DNA of 62,434 nucleotides, the filler included, from NCBI GenBank assembly GCA_964501035.1. It is 31 parts of 31 records of this genome, joined end to end, with 100 filler letters (N's around TTAATTAATTAA, not from the genome) between each part and the next. Parts side by side here need not be neighbours in the genome. Positions count along the whole stretch, not along the records: positions 42,803 to 44,626 come from CAZCRK010000150.1; positions 44,727 to 46,540 come from CAZCRK010000151.1; positions 46,641 to 48,442 come from CAZCRK010000152.1; positions 48,543 to 50,276 come from CAZCRK010000153.1; positions 50,377 to 52,084 come from CAZCRK010000154.1; positions 52,185 to 53,856 come from CAZCRK010000155.1; 25 more parts are not named here. One strand, written 5' to 3'. The notes below the pieces were generated by a model, which was not told the DNA's origin, did not search any database, and worked only from the letters and a program-made list of their open reading frames with translations. Shown here piece after piece: positions 43,124 through 53,843 of the stretch (position 1 is its first letter; every line of letters starts with the position of its first letter). Made by a program: the position numbers and the translations under genes.

Positions 43124-43921
43124 TTAGGATTTGATCAATCGATCAAGATCGAGGTCCGGACGTTTCATAATCCGTTTTACAATAGGGTTCGGATCAAAGC
43201 CAAGTCTTTGTCCTGCAAGTGTAATATCCAAAATAATATGATTAGCTGCAATTTCAATAATAGCTTCATTTTTAGTGTAGATAGAACGACTTTCGCCGGT
43301 TTCCCTAGCACTTCCCATGATGGTAGAAGAATGGTCCACAACCAGAATTACCTTGGGGGTCCATATCTTCCTCAATTTTTCTTCATCCAATTCGTATGAT
43401 ATGGTTTTTCCAATCTGTTTATCTAAACTGCAAAATGAAAAAAGTGTAATATCTAAACCTCGTTCTTTTGCTGCGATTAAATCTTTCTCAATTGCTTTAA
43501 TTTCACGAGGCCAGCCACTCATAAAAATTTTATCTTTTGCATTATTAATATTTTCTCTCATCTTCAAAATAAGATTTCGATATCCATGTAGATGCCAAAA
43601 ATCAAATGCATCATCATCTATATCAATTTTTCCAATAGTCTCCTTTAAATCATCTAATCGATCCTGATGGGAGTGGTCAAAATGTTCTAATAATGATGAG
43701 GGTGCTAATGGTATAAATTTTTTCGGTGATTCGCCAACAGAATTCACAATCCCAATTGTTTCCAGTCGATTTAATATCGAATAAATTGCAGATCTAGGAA
43801 TACCGGATTGAGAACTTATTTCGTATCCGGTTGAAGGGTTATATTTCAGCAATGCCACATAGGCTTTTGCTGCATTTGCTGATAATCCAAAATGCTGTAA
43901 TAGTTCTATTAATTTTGACAT
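43124..43921 (-). CDS. TrmB-family sugar-sensing transcriptional regulator
   Basis: L..FGLS...AKAYVALL....TGYEIS..SGIPRSAIY..L..L wHTH and effector domain (LVVD); likely start MSKL at 43921. Confidence 0.9.
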   Translation of the reverse strand: MSKLIELLQHFGLSANAAKAYVALLKYNPSTGYEISSQSGIPRSAIYSILNRLETIGIVNSVGESPKKFIPLAPSSLLEHFDHSHQDRLDDLKETIGKIDIDDDAFDFWHLHGYRNLILKMRENINNAKDKIFMSGWPREIKAIEKDLIAAKERGLDITLFSFCSLDKQIGKTISYELDEEKLRKIWTPKVILVVDHSSTIMGSARETGESRSIYTKNEAIIEIAANHIILDITLAGQRLGFDPNPIVKRIMKRPDLDLDRLIKS

Positions 43922-43952
43922 AATGTTGAAAAAATCATTGTTTAATTTAAGT

Positions 43953-43972
43953 GTAACTCTGCCATGAGTTAC
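43953..43972. promoter_or_regulatory. Putative TrmB operator 2 (upstream of the regulator)
   Basis: GTAACTCTG-CC-ATGAGTTAC. Confidence 0.7.
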
Positions 43973-44092
43973 CAAATTAATTAAAATGAATTTCATTAAT
44001 GTTGTGAAAGCTAATTTTGTATTGATTAATAATTCACATTATTCTTGTTTTTGAAAATGATATATTGGCATTACATTTCACACCGCAAATTC

Positions 44093-44112
44093 GTCACTAC
44101 TAAATGAGTTAC
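44093..44112. promoter_or_regulatory. Putative TrmB operator 3 (at the TonB receptor start)
   Basis: GTCACTACT-AA-ATGAGTTAC, with the same spacing. Confidence 0.6.
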
Positions 44113-44626
44113 TATCACAATTTATATAGAAAACTGCTTTGCAGTATATTTATTTTATTCTCTTCCATTTTGATCGGTGGAACCGCCGGAAAAATAACCG
44201 GTAAAGTCACTGACCTTCAAACGGGCGAACCCCTGATCGGTTGTAATATTATTATTGAAGGAATGTCAATCGGTGCGGCTACAACTTTGGATGGAACTTA
44301 TTTCATTCTCAATGTACCACCAGGTAATTATACATTAAGAGCTTCTATGATCGGATACGGATCCGTTCAGATGAATGATTTACAAGTTATTGTAGACCTT
44401 ACTGCAAAAGCTGATTTTTTCTTGAGCTCTGAAGTTATTGAAGGACAACAAATTGTTGTTACTGCCCAAAAACCAACTGTACGATTAGATCAAACATCCA
44501 TGTCTGCTGTTGTTGGAGCAGAAGATATTGAAAATCTACCAGTCTCAGAAATTGGAGATATCATTGAATTACAGGCTGGTATCGTTCGTGATCCTGGTGG
44601 AGGTTTCCACGTTCGCGGTGGACGCA
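44104..44626 (+). CDS. TonB-dependent receptor, N-terminus (CarboxypepD_reg + plug; 3'-truncated)
   Basis: GKITGKVTD..TGEPLIGCNI...G.YFILNVPPG.Y...SMIGY; IENLPV; HVRGGR. Confidence 0.88.
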
Positions 44627-44726
44627 NNNNNNNNNNNNNNNNNNNNNNNNNNNNNNNNNNNNNNNNNNNNTTAATTAATTAANNNNNNNNNNNNNNNNNN
44701 NNNNNNNNNNNNNNNNNNNNNNNNNN

Positions 44727-46387
44727 GAGGACAACTTTATGGTACGAAGAAGTTTATCCCAGAAAAAATCAGAGTTGGCTCAGATTTGCGAGTTGCTGGA
44801 AATGGATTTGGTAATGATGTGAATTTGAAGTTATATCTTGATAATACCATATTAAAATCAATTAATACAGATGAACAGGGTAATTTTTTAACCACAATCT
44901 CAATACCTGATGACTATAGTACCGGAACAAGTGAGTTTATTATAAAAGATGAATCTGGAAATATTCAAAGTAGCAATATTAGTATCGAGGAAGCCAAAAA
45001 TAGATTTTTAAAGACAGCAAAATTTGAGATTGAAAATATTCCTGCTGAAGTACGATATGATGAAATATTGAATATTTCAGGTAATGCATACCCACAAAGT
45101 GCAGTCATACTTTCATTTGAAGACATGGATAGGGTCTTAGAAAAAATTCGTGTGGTCATGGCTAATTCAAATGGAGAATGGATATTGGAAGAGCTGATAG
45201 ATCGTAATGAAAATACGGGGGAAAAATATGTAATTATTGAAAATAATAATAATCAAACTACAAAAAATATCAATGTGGCATCAGACTATCTGCTACAAAT
45301 TTCTACTTCTGCAATAAGATATAATGATGGAGATACACTCAGTTTAACTGGAAATGGTGAGCCATCAAAAAATACTACCGTATTGATTAGAGACGAGGAG
45401 AATAAAATAATACATTATGATGTATTTACCAGCCAAAATAATGGAGATTTAAATTATGAATTTACAATAGGAGATAATATTTCTGTTGGAACTTATGTCA
45501 TAATATTAAAACAAGAAAATGGTTCGGATGCCGTAACGTTTGGTGTTGAGAAATATCCATCACCATCAGTTATTACATTAATGGAAAAATCAAATTTTGC
45601 ACTTAATTCTCAGGCAATATTAAATATTATTGGACCTCCCTCATCCAAATTATCTGTTAAAATTCTTGATTCCAATGATAATATAGAATTAACAGATTCG
45701 CTAACAACAAGTTCATCTGGTAAAAGTAAGTATGCTATAGATTTGCAGGGGTTCTCTTCAGGAATCTATAGAGCTGTTGTTAGTGCTGTAAACATTCAAG
45801 ACTCAATTAAATTTTCAGTTGGTCTAGAATCAGGATCAGGTGAAATTTCATTAATCTCAATTCAGGAAACTTACTCACCTGGTGAATCAATACTTCTTCT
45901 TGGAAATACTGGCAGTGATAAGAGATTAACTGTAACTCTTTATGATCCAACGGGTAATATATCCAGCATAACTGAAACATTTTCAGATGGCTCAGGCAAT
46001 TTTGCCACAAATGAGTTAGGAATTCCAGTTAGTGCTGAATTTGGTGTCTGGAAAATTACTGCACATAGTCGTCTGGATACAAAAAGTATTGAAATTAATG
46101 TGAGTATTCCAACAGAGAAGGGAATAACATTACAACTTGATGATGTAGAATTTCTCACTTCTCAAACTGTAACAATTAAAGGTGTAGCAAAATCAGATGC
46201 TAGTCGTCTACAAATTGAAATAACTGATGAAAATAATACAATTATTGACGAGTTAGAAACACCTATTACCGCTGATGGAACATTTTTAGTTCCTTGGGTT
46301 ATTCCTGATTCTATAGATATTGGGAAATATACTATTACAATAAGTGATCCTGAAAATAGTGATAGTGTCGAAATATTCATAGAATAA
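44727..46387 (+). CDS. Thaumarchaeal-type Ig-repeat surface ('biofilm-associated') protein (5'-truncated)
   Basis: Serial Ig-like beta modules (G...G.F...IP....G.Y.I); upstream of apt. Confidence 0.65.
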
Positions 46388-46437
46388 TTCTATTATCCTA
46401 AAATGGTTTTTATCTCTCGTCAATTTTTACAAATAAT

Positions 46438-46540
46438 ATGAATTTGAAGAGAAATATAGCAGAATATCCCAACTTCCCAAAAAAGGGTATCTTGTTTAGG
46501 GATTTCAGTCCTATCCTAAATGATCCTGCTGCAATGTCAT
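46438..46540 (+). CDS. apt: Adenine phosphoribosyltransferase, N-terminal fragment
   Basis: [30 protein letters not shown]. Confidence 0.88.
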
Positions 46541-46642
46541 NNNNNNNNNNNNNNNNNNNNNNNNNNNNNNNNNNNNNNNNNNNNTTAATTAATTAANNNN
46601 NNNNNNNNNNNNNNNNNNNNNNNNNNNNNNNNNNNNNNNNGT

Positions 46643-47749
46643 TTTGTTGAACCCCAAAATGATTTATGGACATTTGATTTAGAAGGTCGCCTTATCGGGT
46701 GCTTCATCGATAGTGTCAATTATCGAAGAACATTAGACAATAGTTTCCATAAAAAATCACGAGAAACATTGGATGGTGAAGATTTTCGAAATGTAGAAAT
46801 TGTTTCCAACAAAACATCAGAATCCCTTCTGAATAAAGGTAGATATTTTCTTGATAAATATGCATCTTGTTTACCCAATGAATTTCAATCAATCATACAA
46901 CGAATTTTAAGTTATTCTTTTGATGCATTAGCTGAAAGTGGAATGCAATTTTCCAAAACGTACTTGCCTATTTCTATTCTCCCACCTGATCAATATTTAT
47001 CATTAGTTGTTCAGGTTACTGAGGGATGTAATTATAACAAATGTACCTTTTGTAATTTCTATCGTGATAGACCGTTTCGCATTAAATCTCCTGATGAGTT
47101 AAGGTCACATATTCAACAAATCAAGTCATTTTTAGGAGATGGAATATCATTACGAAAATCTATTTTCTTAGCGGATGCAAATGCCATCGTAGTCCCTCAG
47201 AAAAAACTAATTTCTGCAATTCAATCCATACAAAATTCTTTCCCTCAAATACCTCATTATTATTCTTTCATTGATGTTTTTACGGGTATTAAAAAGACAG
47301 AATCAGATTTTAAACAGCTTGCCGAGTTCGGGTTAAAACGAGTGTATTTGGGGTTAGAATCTGGAAGTAGTGATTTATTGCAATTACTAAACAAACCGGC
47401 TTTGACTGAAGATATTATTCATTTAACCAATACCCTAAAAAATAGTGGAGTTCAATTAGGACTCATTTTACTAGCAGGTGCAGGGGGGGTAAAACATCAT
47501 TCCAAGCATGTTGAAAATTCACTTGAGTTATTGTCCCATCTACCATTGGGAAAAGGGGATATCGTTTACATATCTGAATTTATAGAAACCAATTCTGAAT
47601 ATGCTCGTGTGTTAAACACAGAAAAAATTCCACAACCATCACGATTAGAAATACGGCAAATGGCGAATGATTTAAAAAAATATGTAAAAAAAGTAGTTCC
47701 AAAAACAACAAAAGTAGCCGTGTACGACATTCAGCAGTTCTTTTATTAA
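46643..47749 (+). CDS. Radical SAM protein (5'-truncated)
   Basis: Open from the contig start (WTFDLEGRL); QVTEGCNYNKCTFC CxxxCxxC motif; RVYLGLESG. Confidence 0.9.
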   Translation, partial: FVEPQNDLWTFDLEGRLIGCFIDSVNYRRTLDNSFHKKSRETLDGEDFRNVEIVSNKTSESLLNKGRYFLDKYASCLPNEFQSIIQRILSYSFDALAESGMQFSKTYLPISILPPDQYLSLVVQVTEGCNYNKCTFCNFYRDRPFRIKSPDELRSHIQQIKSFLGDGISLRKSIFLADANAIVVPQKKLISAIQSIQNSFPQIPHYYSFIDVFTGIKKTESDFKQLAEFGLKRVYLGLESGSSDLLQLLNKPALTEDIIHLTNTLKNSGVQLGLILLAGAGGVKHHSKHVENSLELLSHLPLGKGDIVYISEFIETNSEYARVLNTEKIPQPSRLEIRQMANDLKKYVKKVVPKTTKVAVYDIQQFFY

Positions 47750-47963
47750 GTTTTTAAGCATGGGTTTACTCCTGAAAGGGGTTAAAACCCCAACTTGTGT
47801 CGTTATTTCTCGAACCCCCATCATAAATGACGGGGTAAGTGAATTCCCTTATCAATATGTTATACAGGAACTTACTCCATCCTTTAGGTTGGGGATAAAG
47901 ATTCTGAAAAACCGGGGATTTATCCCCAAATGATTTTTTCGGAGTGGACTCAAGCATAAAAAC
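47750..47963. repeat. Structured intergenic element (REP/BIME- or MITE-like, or ncRNA)
   Basis: About 29-bp imperfect terminal inverted repeat enclosing several CCCC..GGGG hairpins. Confidence 0.65.
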
Positions 47964-48105
47964 ATTCACAAATTTCATGTTTTGAAGACTCAAAACACTT
48001 ACAATTATTTACAAATCAATCATTTCAAAATCCTATGGTAACACTTAACTTATTACTCAGAAATAAAATTTATTTTAGAATGCATATTAGAAATTAGGAT
48101 AGAGA

Positions 48106-48442
48106 ATGACAAAAGAGAAACACCTACGACAAACTATCATTGAAGAAATTGCAAACAGTATTACTCATGGAATTGGTTTTGGGCTATCAGTTGCCGGATT
48201 AACCTTATTGGTAGTTTATGCAAGTTTTACAGGTGACCCATGGCGTATTGTTGCATTTGCGATTTACGGCACTACCCTTGCACTACTTTATTTAACCTCT
48301 ACACTGTATCATAGCATCACACATACCGAAGCAAAATCCATTTTTCGCCGTCTTGACCACTCTGCAATCTATTTGCTCATTGCGGGCACATATACACCCA
48401 TTATTCTTATAACATTGCGTGATTCGTGGGTGCTGTACATGT
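48106..48442 (+). CDS. Hemolysin III / PAQR (TrhA) family membrane protein (3'-truncated)
   Basis: EEIANSITHGIG, STLYHS, RRLDHSAIYLLIAGTYTP. Confidence 0.93.
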
Positions 48443-48542
48443 NNNNNNNNNNNNNNNNNNNNNNNNNNNNNNNNNNNNNNNNNNNNTTAATTAATTAANN
48501 NNNNNNNNNNNNNNNNNNNNNNNNNNNNNNNNNNNNNNNNNN

Positions 48543-50276
48543 AGGATTATCTGTATTATAAAGTCTTAATCTACCATCTCCACCAGAATTACCTTCTATT
48601 TTAACAGTCAGGCCAAAGTCTCCACCCGATTCTACACCGTTATACATTTCAATTTCGGACTCTGCATCCTTAGCAGAAATTACTATACTATCCGCAGTAT
48701 TATCAGCATCAAATTCCGCTTTTAAAGTTATTTTTCCAGCATCACCGGAATCTGCATTTATAACAATAGTTTCATTTGAATGACCATTCTGCATCTGAAT
48801 TCTTCGATCATCTGCATCAATTTCAATTATATCTGTTGTGTCTTCATCTCTCAATGTTATTTTACCAGCTTTATGACCACCTTTATCAGCATTAATTTCA
48901 ACAGTTGCATAGTCATCTAAATCATCAATTTCCCCTGCATCCAAACAAGTCTTTATACCATCATGACTGTGCATTATAATTTTTTGATTATGACCTTCGA
49001 TAGCTATAAGTGGAGTATCACTTATATCAGCCTGAGCATTATTATCATATATAACTTGGTCAGATAAATAGATACTGCCAGCCTGTTCACCAGTTCCTTT
49101 ATCAAAATCTAATAATAATACCTGATTGCCATGTCGATTTTGCATTTCAATATGATGATCCGCACCTGCAAGATCTATAACTTTAACCTCATCTGTTTTC
49201 CACAATTTAATTGATCCGCCATCATCCTCATCTGCACCTATTTGAACAGTTTCAACTGCAGATGCATTGTGCATCTCAATTTTAGCTTCACCATCATCAT
49301 CATTTGCAGTAAGTCTAATTCTCCCATCAGATTGAGTTTCTGCGTCATAAACAAATGGATTTGTATCATCAAATAATGTTAATCTTCCACCACCCTCCTC
49401 ATCTCCATCAATAAGTATGGTAGATATTCCATCATTATTATGAAATACATTTTTATGACTATCATACATTTGTAAATTCAATTCACCATTTGTTGTAAAT
49501 GATAATACTTTTTCAGGATCACCTGCATTACCCGCAGGTTCACCTGTCCAATCAAAACCTAAAAACATTCCAGTATTTCTATCACCATCAAATGCATATC
49601 CAGGATAATCTTTATCACCAGCCCAAGCTTCTATTGAATGACTTATCATTTCAAGTTTAGCATACATTTGTATCCTACCTTCTTGCTGATCCGGATTCCA
49701 ACCACCCTCCGGATCCTGTCCATTTGTAACAGATGTTGCTGAACCCGGAGATGCAGCTGGTTGACCAGGCATCATTCTTATTTCGTCATAACTAATATAC
49801 ATTGATTGTGATGCAGGTGCACCTATTGGAAATCCAAACTGAACATATGGTGTATCCCAGTTTTTACCATTTAAATTCCAATTACAAGATCCTGTCTTTT
49901 CCATGAATACTAAACTATAACTTTCCTCATTGGTGATACCTCTACTAACACCTTTTAATTCCATTACATCCATACCACCAACCATAAAATCTACTTCATA
50001 TTCATCATTAGGGAATTGAATTCCAGAATATATTTTATTGGGTTTAAAGAAACTACCCGAATCGGCACCAAATCTAGTATTTAAAAAACTACCACTTGGT
50101 GGAGCTACATATGGTAATGTAGGATTATCTACATACGCTTTCCACGCATCATAGTGAGGCCCACTTCCTGTATCATTTAAATGTTTGATCCATTCACCAA
50201 CCGACAAATCATCACCAACTTCACAGTCACCATCCCATGTTACTTTAAAATATTTACTATGTGTAATGGGGAAGAA
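48543..50276 (-). CDS. Probable phage tail fibre/spike-like protein (frame open across the whole contig)
   Basis: No stop across the contig; periodic short beta strands (LTLFD, IEMHN, IKLWK, IEMQN, ITLRD, IQMQN, IEMYN) separated by D/G turns; PGYAF.GD.NTGMF tail-like motif. Confidence 0.55.
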
Positions 50277-50446
50277 NNNNNNNNNNNNNNNNNNNNNNNN
50301 NNNNNNNNNNNNNNNNNNNNTTAATTAATTAANNNNNNNNNNNNNNNNNNNNNNNNNNNNNNNNNNNNNNNNNNNNTGTTTCACCGAAGGGGTATGTTTC
50401 CACACTTCCGGATTTTGAAAAAATAAATTGTTTTATAGAGGAATAA

Positions 50447-51319
50447 TTAAGCATCAAAAATCCAACTTACTTTGTATTCATAACCTTCATTTGGAACGTC
50501 AATATTGGGGTTCTGCAATACCCATTTCCCAGTATAATTTTGTTCAGTCAATGTGGACTCAAAGTGACTCATTGCAATGCCAATATCTAATCGTTGTAAG
50601 TCGGCTTTATCTGTTTTTTCTAAAATAAATTGGTCTTTATAGCCAGGAGTTCTGCACAAATAAAAATGATAAACATTTCCCAATTTTACAATTCTCCATG
50701 GTTGTTTATTGGATGAAGAAGGGGCTAACCGAATCATTTCTAGCGCAGTATTTATTGTTTCATCTGTTTGTTTATTGAGTGGAGTGGTAAAGTTGGTGTC
50801 AAAAAATAATTTATTCCATGGTTTACGATGGTCTGACTTTGCAATTCTACGAATAAGGGTATCTGTAAATCCTCGTTTATTGGCTGGGTTTCCAATAGCT
50901 ATGACAGCAGGCATCATTTCATCTTTTTGCAAGTTAATTAATTTAGCAAATACTGATTTTCTAAATGTACCGCCCATCCAACATGTCCCTAAGCCCAACT
51001 CTGTTGCTTTTAAAATGATGTGTTCTAGAACTTTCCCAAAATCTTCCAGTTCTAAATTATTGCAATTGTTTGGAATAGCACCTACTAAAAACTCATCAGT
51101 TCCTTTAATAAAACCATAAGTGTTTAGTCGTTTTAAAAGTACACCACCTGACTTTACATACCCAATTTCAAATCGAGATTTTGTACCGAAAGGTCCAATT
51201 TTGTTGTGACTAATATAGTCTTCAAGTAATGATAAATTTTGTTCAGAAATTTGGATATTATTAAAAGATCTACACGAAAATCGAGACTGAATAGTTTGCG
51301 TTATTGGTTGTTTTTTCAT
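50447..51319 (-). CDS. Nitroreductase family protein
   Basis: IQSRFSCRSF, LKATELGLGTCWMGGTF, RLAPSSSNKQPWR, LDIGIAMSHF. Confidence 0.9.
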   Translation of the reverse strand: MKKQPITQTIQSRFSCRSFNNIQISEQNLSLLEDYISHNKIGPFGTKSRFEIGYVKSGGVLLKRLNTYGFIKGTDEFLVGAIPNNCNNLELEDFGKVLEHIILKATELGLGTCWMGGTFRKSVFAKLINLQKDEMMPAVIAIGNPANKRGFTDTLIRRIAKSDHRKPWNKLFFDTNFTTPLNKQTDETINTALEMIRLAPSSSNKQPWRIVKLGNVYHFYLCRTPGYKDQFILEKTDKADLQRLDIGIAMSHFESTLTEQNYTGKWVLQNPNIDVPNEGYEYKVSWIFDA

Positions 51320-51660
51320 GTGGTAGGTAAATGCCTTCCAACAGCTAATACATTTCCATCAGGGTCAGAAAAATATACTGCTTCATCACCCCATGGTCTT
51401 GGAGATAATGGTGATAAACATGTTGCCCCTATTTTGTTGCATCGTTCAACTATAGATACTCTATTCCAAAGCGGTTGTGATATTGCAATAAACCCAATCA
51501 ATTGATTTTTATGGTATAATACAAAGATATCACCTGCATAGTTTTTATAAAATGTGTGTACGTCGCTTGTATTCATATCTGTATTAATTGAAATATGAAG
51601 CGGTGTTAAGTCATCTACATCCCTTGTAGAATTGAAAGATTTAATCATATTGTGAATCAA
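51316..51660 (-). pseudogene. Apparent GNAT-fragment / VOC(glyoxalase)-fragment chimera
   Basis: N-part FVLYHKNQLIGFIAISQPLWNRVSIVE is GNAT-like; C-part GATCLSPLSPRPWGDEAVYFSDPDGNVLA is a VOC C-half; neither domain is complete. Confidence 0.5.
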
Positions 51661-51695
51661 TCTATTACTTACTCTCAGTTAATTTGAATCCTTTT

Positions 51696-52084
51696 TTATA
51701 AAAATACTTGATAATTTACAATGATATTTCTTCCAGCTTCTGGCATAATATTTTTTATTTTTGAGAGATGATTATAATACTCTGTGTTAAATAAGTTATT
51801 GAGTTGCAGGGTGATATTTTTATTATTTTTATGGTAACTTAGTATGAAATCAGCTAGGATGGAGGATGGGGTATTTGTTTCAAACTCACCTAATCTAGTT
51901 TGAGTATGAATGTTTGAAATTCTAAATTTAAAATTAAGATAATTTTTCTGATATCCTAAAATTAGCATTTGTTTGTCAGGATTAATATATGACAACGGCA
52001 TTTGATTTGTTACATCATACCCTCTCACTAGAGAAAAGTCATATTCTATATTGAATTCATTTTGTTCATAACTAAAATTAAATT
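51696..52084 (-). CDS. TonB-dependent receptor, C-terminal fragment
   Basis: LNNLFNTEYYNHLS.IK...PEAGRNI..NY. Confidence 0.82.
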
Positions 52085-52184
52085 NNNNNNNNNNNNNNNN
52101 NNNNNNNNNNNNNNNNNNNNNNNNNNNNTTAATTAATTAANNNNNNNNNNNNNNNNNNNNNNNNNNNNNNNNNNNNNNNNNNNN

Positions 52185-52227
52185 AGACCAACCCAATAAA
52201 CAATAGCAGTGATAAATACCTAACCAT
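52185..52227 (-). CDS. Start of a secreted protein with paralogous signal peptide (MVRYLSLLLFIGLV..., truncated)
   Basis: Translated directly; near copy of the 53843 gene start. Confidence 0.75.
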
Positions 52228-52254
52228 ATCCAAATCTACCCATCTTCCCGCAAA

Positions 52255-52280
52255 CAAAAAACCCCACGAATGTGGGGCTT
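52255..52280 (-). terminator. Intrinsic terminator
   Basis: Minus strand AAGCCCCACA-TTCG-TGGGG followed by T7. Confidence 0.85.
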
Positions 52281-52301
52281 ATGTTGTGAAAAAAGTTATT
52301 C

Positions 52302-53843
52302 TTAAATATTTGGCAAATTCAAATCAGAATCCATTTTCAAAATAATTTTACCATATCTATACGAATTTGATAATCCGATACCACCATCACTGAACTCAAT
52401 AATAAATGTAGGTTGATTAAGAAAAAAGAACATGTCATTTACACCATCATACTGCACATCAACACTTGACAACCTGTTACCTGTCGCTATATCATATCTA
52501 GATATTCTACCCGGGCCATTAGAATAGTCCGCTTCACCGAAATTAATTATATCATTTTGTCTTATTATATGGGAAGTAAATTGTTCACCATCAATTTCAT
52601 TTCTCCATATATGCTGAAATGAGCCACCCTCAAACCTCATTAGATTGATTAAACCTCCATCCACGCCGCCACCTGCAGCATTAATTATAAAATAACCATC
52701 AGCATTTTCTATTGACCGGTTAAGTGGATTATATATGTACAAATTAGGTGAAAAATATGGAGATGGTGATAAACCTGACAGAGAATCAATAAAAGATTGT
52801 GTTGGGTCAGTACCGTCAAGAAACATAAGCCGAAAATTCTCAGATGTAACTTGTTCCATATCTGAAATAATGAAATTACTATCTGATGGTGAAGCGATTA
52901 GTGAAATATAATCAAAATCTAAATTACCCCAATTCCCTCCCGGGTATGATATTTCTTTTGTCGTCACATTTGCTTCATCCAAGTATATATAATTGAAAGA
53001 TAGCATATGACCATTTTGGCTATTAAGTTTTATCCATCCAAAATCAGTTGATAATATTTTTGGTTTTCCACCACCAAAATTGAACCCCCACCCAGTAACT
53101 TCGTCCGTTGACCAATCAAAATTATAATCAATAGAATAAGATGCATCAAATGTCCCGTCACGATTAAATCTTTTCATTTCAGTATCTACAACAATATAAA
53201 CACCATTCGATGTACTAGTTACAATAGGTCTTTCATACATTAAATCTGGAGTCAGAAGTTCATCACATTGGTCAATTTGATTCTGTATCTCACCATTTTC
53301 ATTTAAACTATAGGTAATTATTCTCCTAGTGTAGGGGCTGAAGGGGTCACTTTGGTCTGCTGATTCCAGCACGTATAGAATATAACCATCCTGCTCTTCT
53401 GTGAAGAAGTATCCACTCTTTTCTGGCGGATTACCATCTGTTTCATTTAGATAAGTAATAAACTTTGAACTATTATCAACATAAAAACTGACGCTTAGTG
53501 TTTCAACATTATCGGAAGCATCTGTAACTGAGATTTGAATTGTATGTGAACTATTGGATAAAGTTTTTGTATTCAAATCGTAACTAACAGTTACATTAGT
53601 TTTACCAGATATTGTTGAATCAGTGGCGAATATCGTGTTATCAATTAATATTGTTAAAAGTTTAAGTTCTTCTTCATCCTGAACTTGAAGAGTTATAGTG
53701 AATGTTCCAGATAATATTGCATTTTCCGAGAATTCGCTCATTTGTATAGTTGGCGATATTGTATCTTGTTCTTCAGGTTGTTCTTCTTCACAGCTCCAAA
53801 AAGCCAACCCAATAAATAGCAGTAACAATATATATCTAACCAT
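52302..53843 (-). CDS. Lipoprotein with bacterial Ig-like domain and beta-rich C-terminal region
   Basis: MVRYILLLLFIGLAFWSC lipobox; DTISPTI...LSG...D...HTI.I..TDASDN Ig domain. Confidence 0.82.
   Translation of the reverse strand: MVRYILLLLFIGLAFWSCEEEQPEEQDTISPTIQMSEFSENAILSGTFTITLQVQDEEELKLLTILIDNTIFATDSTISGKTNVTVSYDLNTKTLSNSSHTIQISVTDASDNVETLSVSFYVDNSSKFITYLNETDGNPPEKSGYFFTEEQDGYILYVLESADQSDPFSPYTRRIITYSLNENGEIQNQIDQCDELLTPDLMYERPIVTSTSNGVYIVVDTEMKRFNRDGTFDASYSIDYNFDWSTDEVTGWGFNFGGGKPKILSTDFGWIKLNSQNGHMLSFNYIYLDEANVTTKEISYPGGNWGNLDFDYISLIASPSDSNFIISDMEQVTSENFRLMFLDGTDPTQSFIDSLSGLSPSPYFSPNLYIYNPLNRSIENADGYFIINAAGGGVDGGLINLMRFEGGSFQHIWRNEIDGEQFTSHIIRQNDIINFGEADYSNGPGRISRYDIATGNRLSSVDVQYDGVNDMFFFLNQPTFIIEFSDGGIGLSNSYRYGKIILKMDSDLNLPNI

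Noticed and set aside
47750..47963. 6S RNA, SRP RNA, RNase P or cobalamin riboswitch
   Set aside because: Multibranch rather than rod-like, and it lacks the conserved signature motifs of these RNAs.
47766..47993. 75-aa minus-strand ORF
   Set aside because: It lies over the palindromic element, starts at TTG without an RBS and has no recognisable motif.
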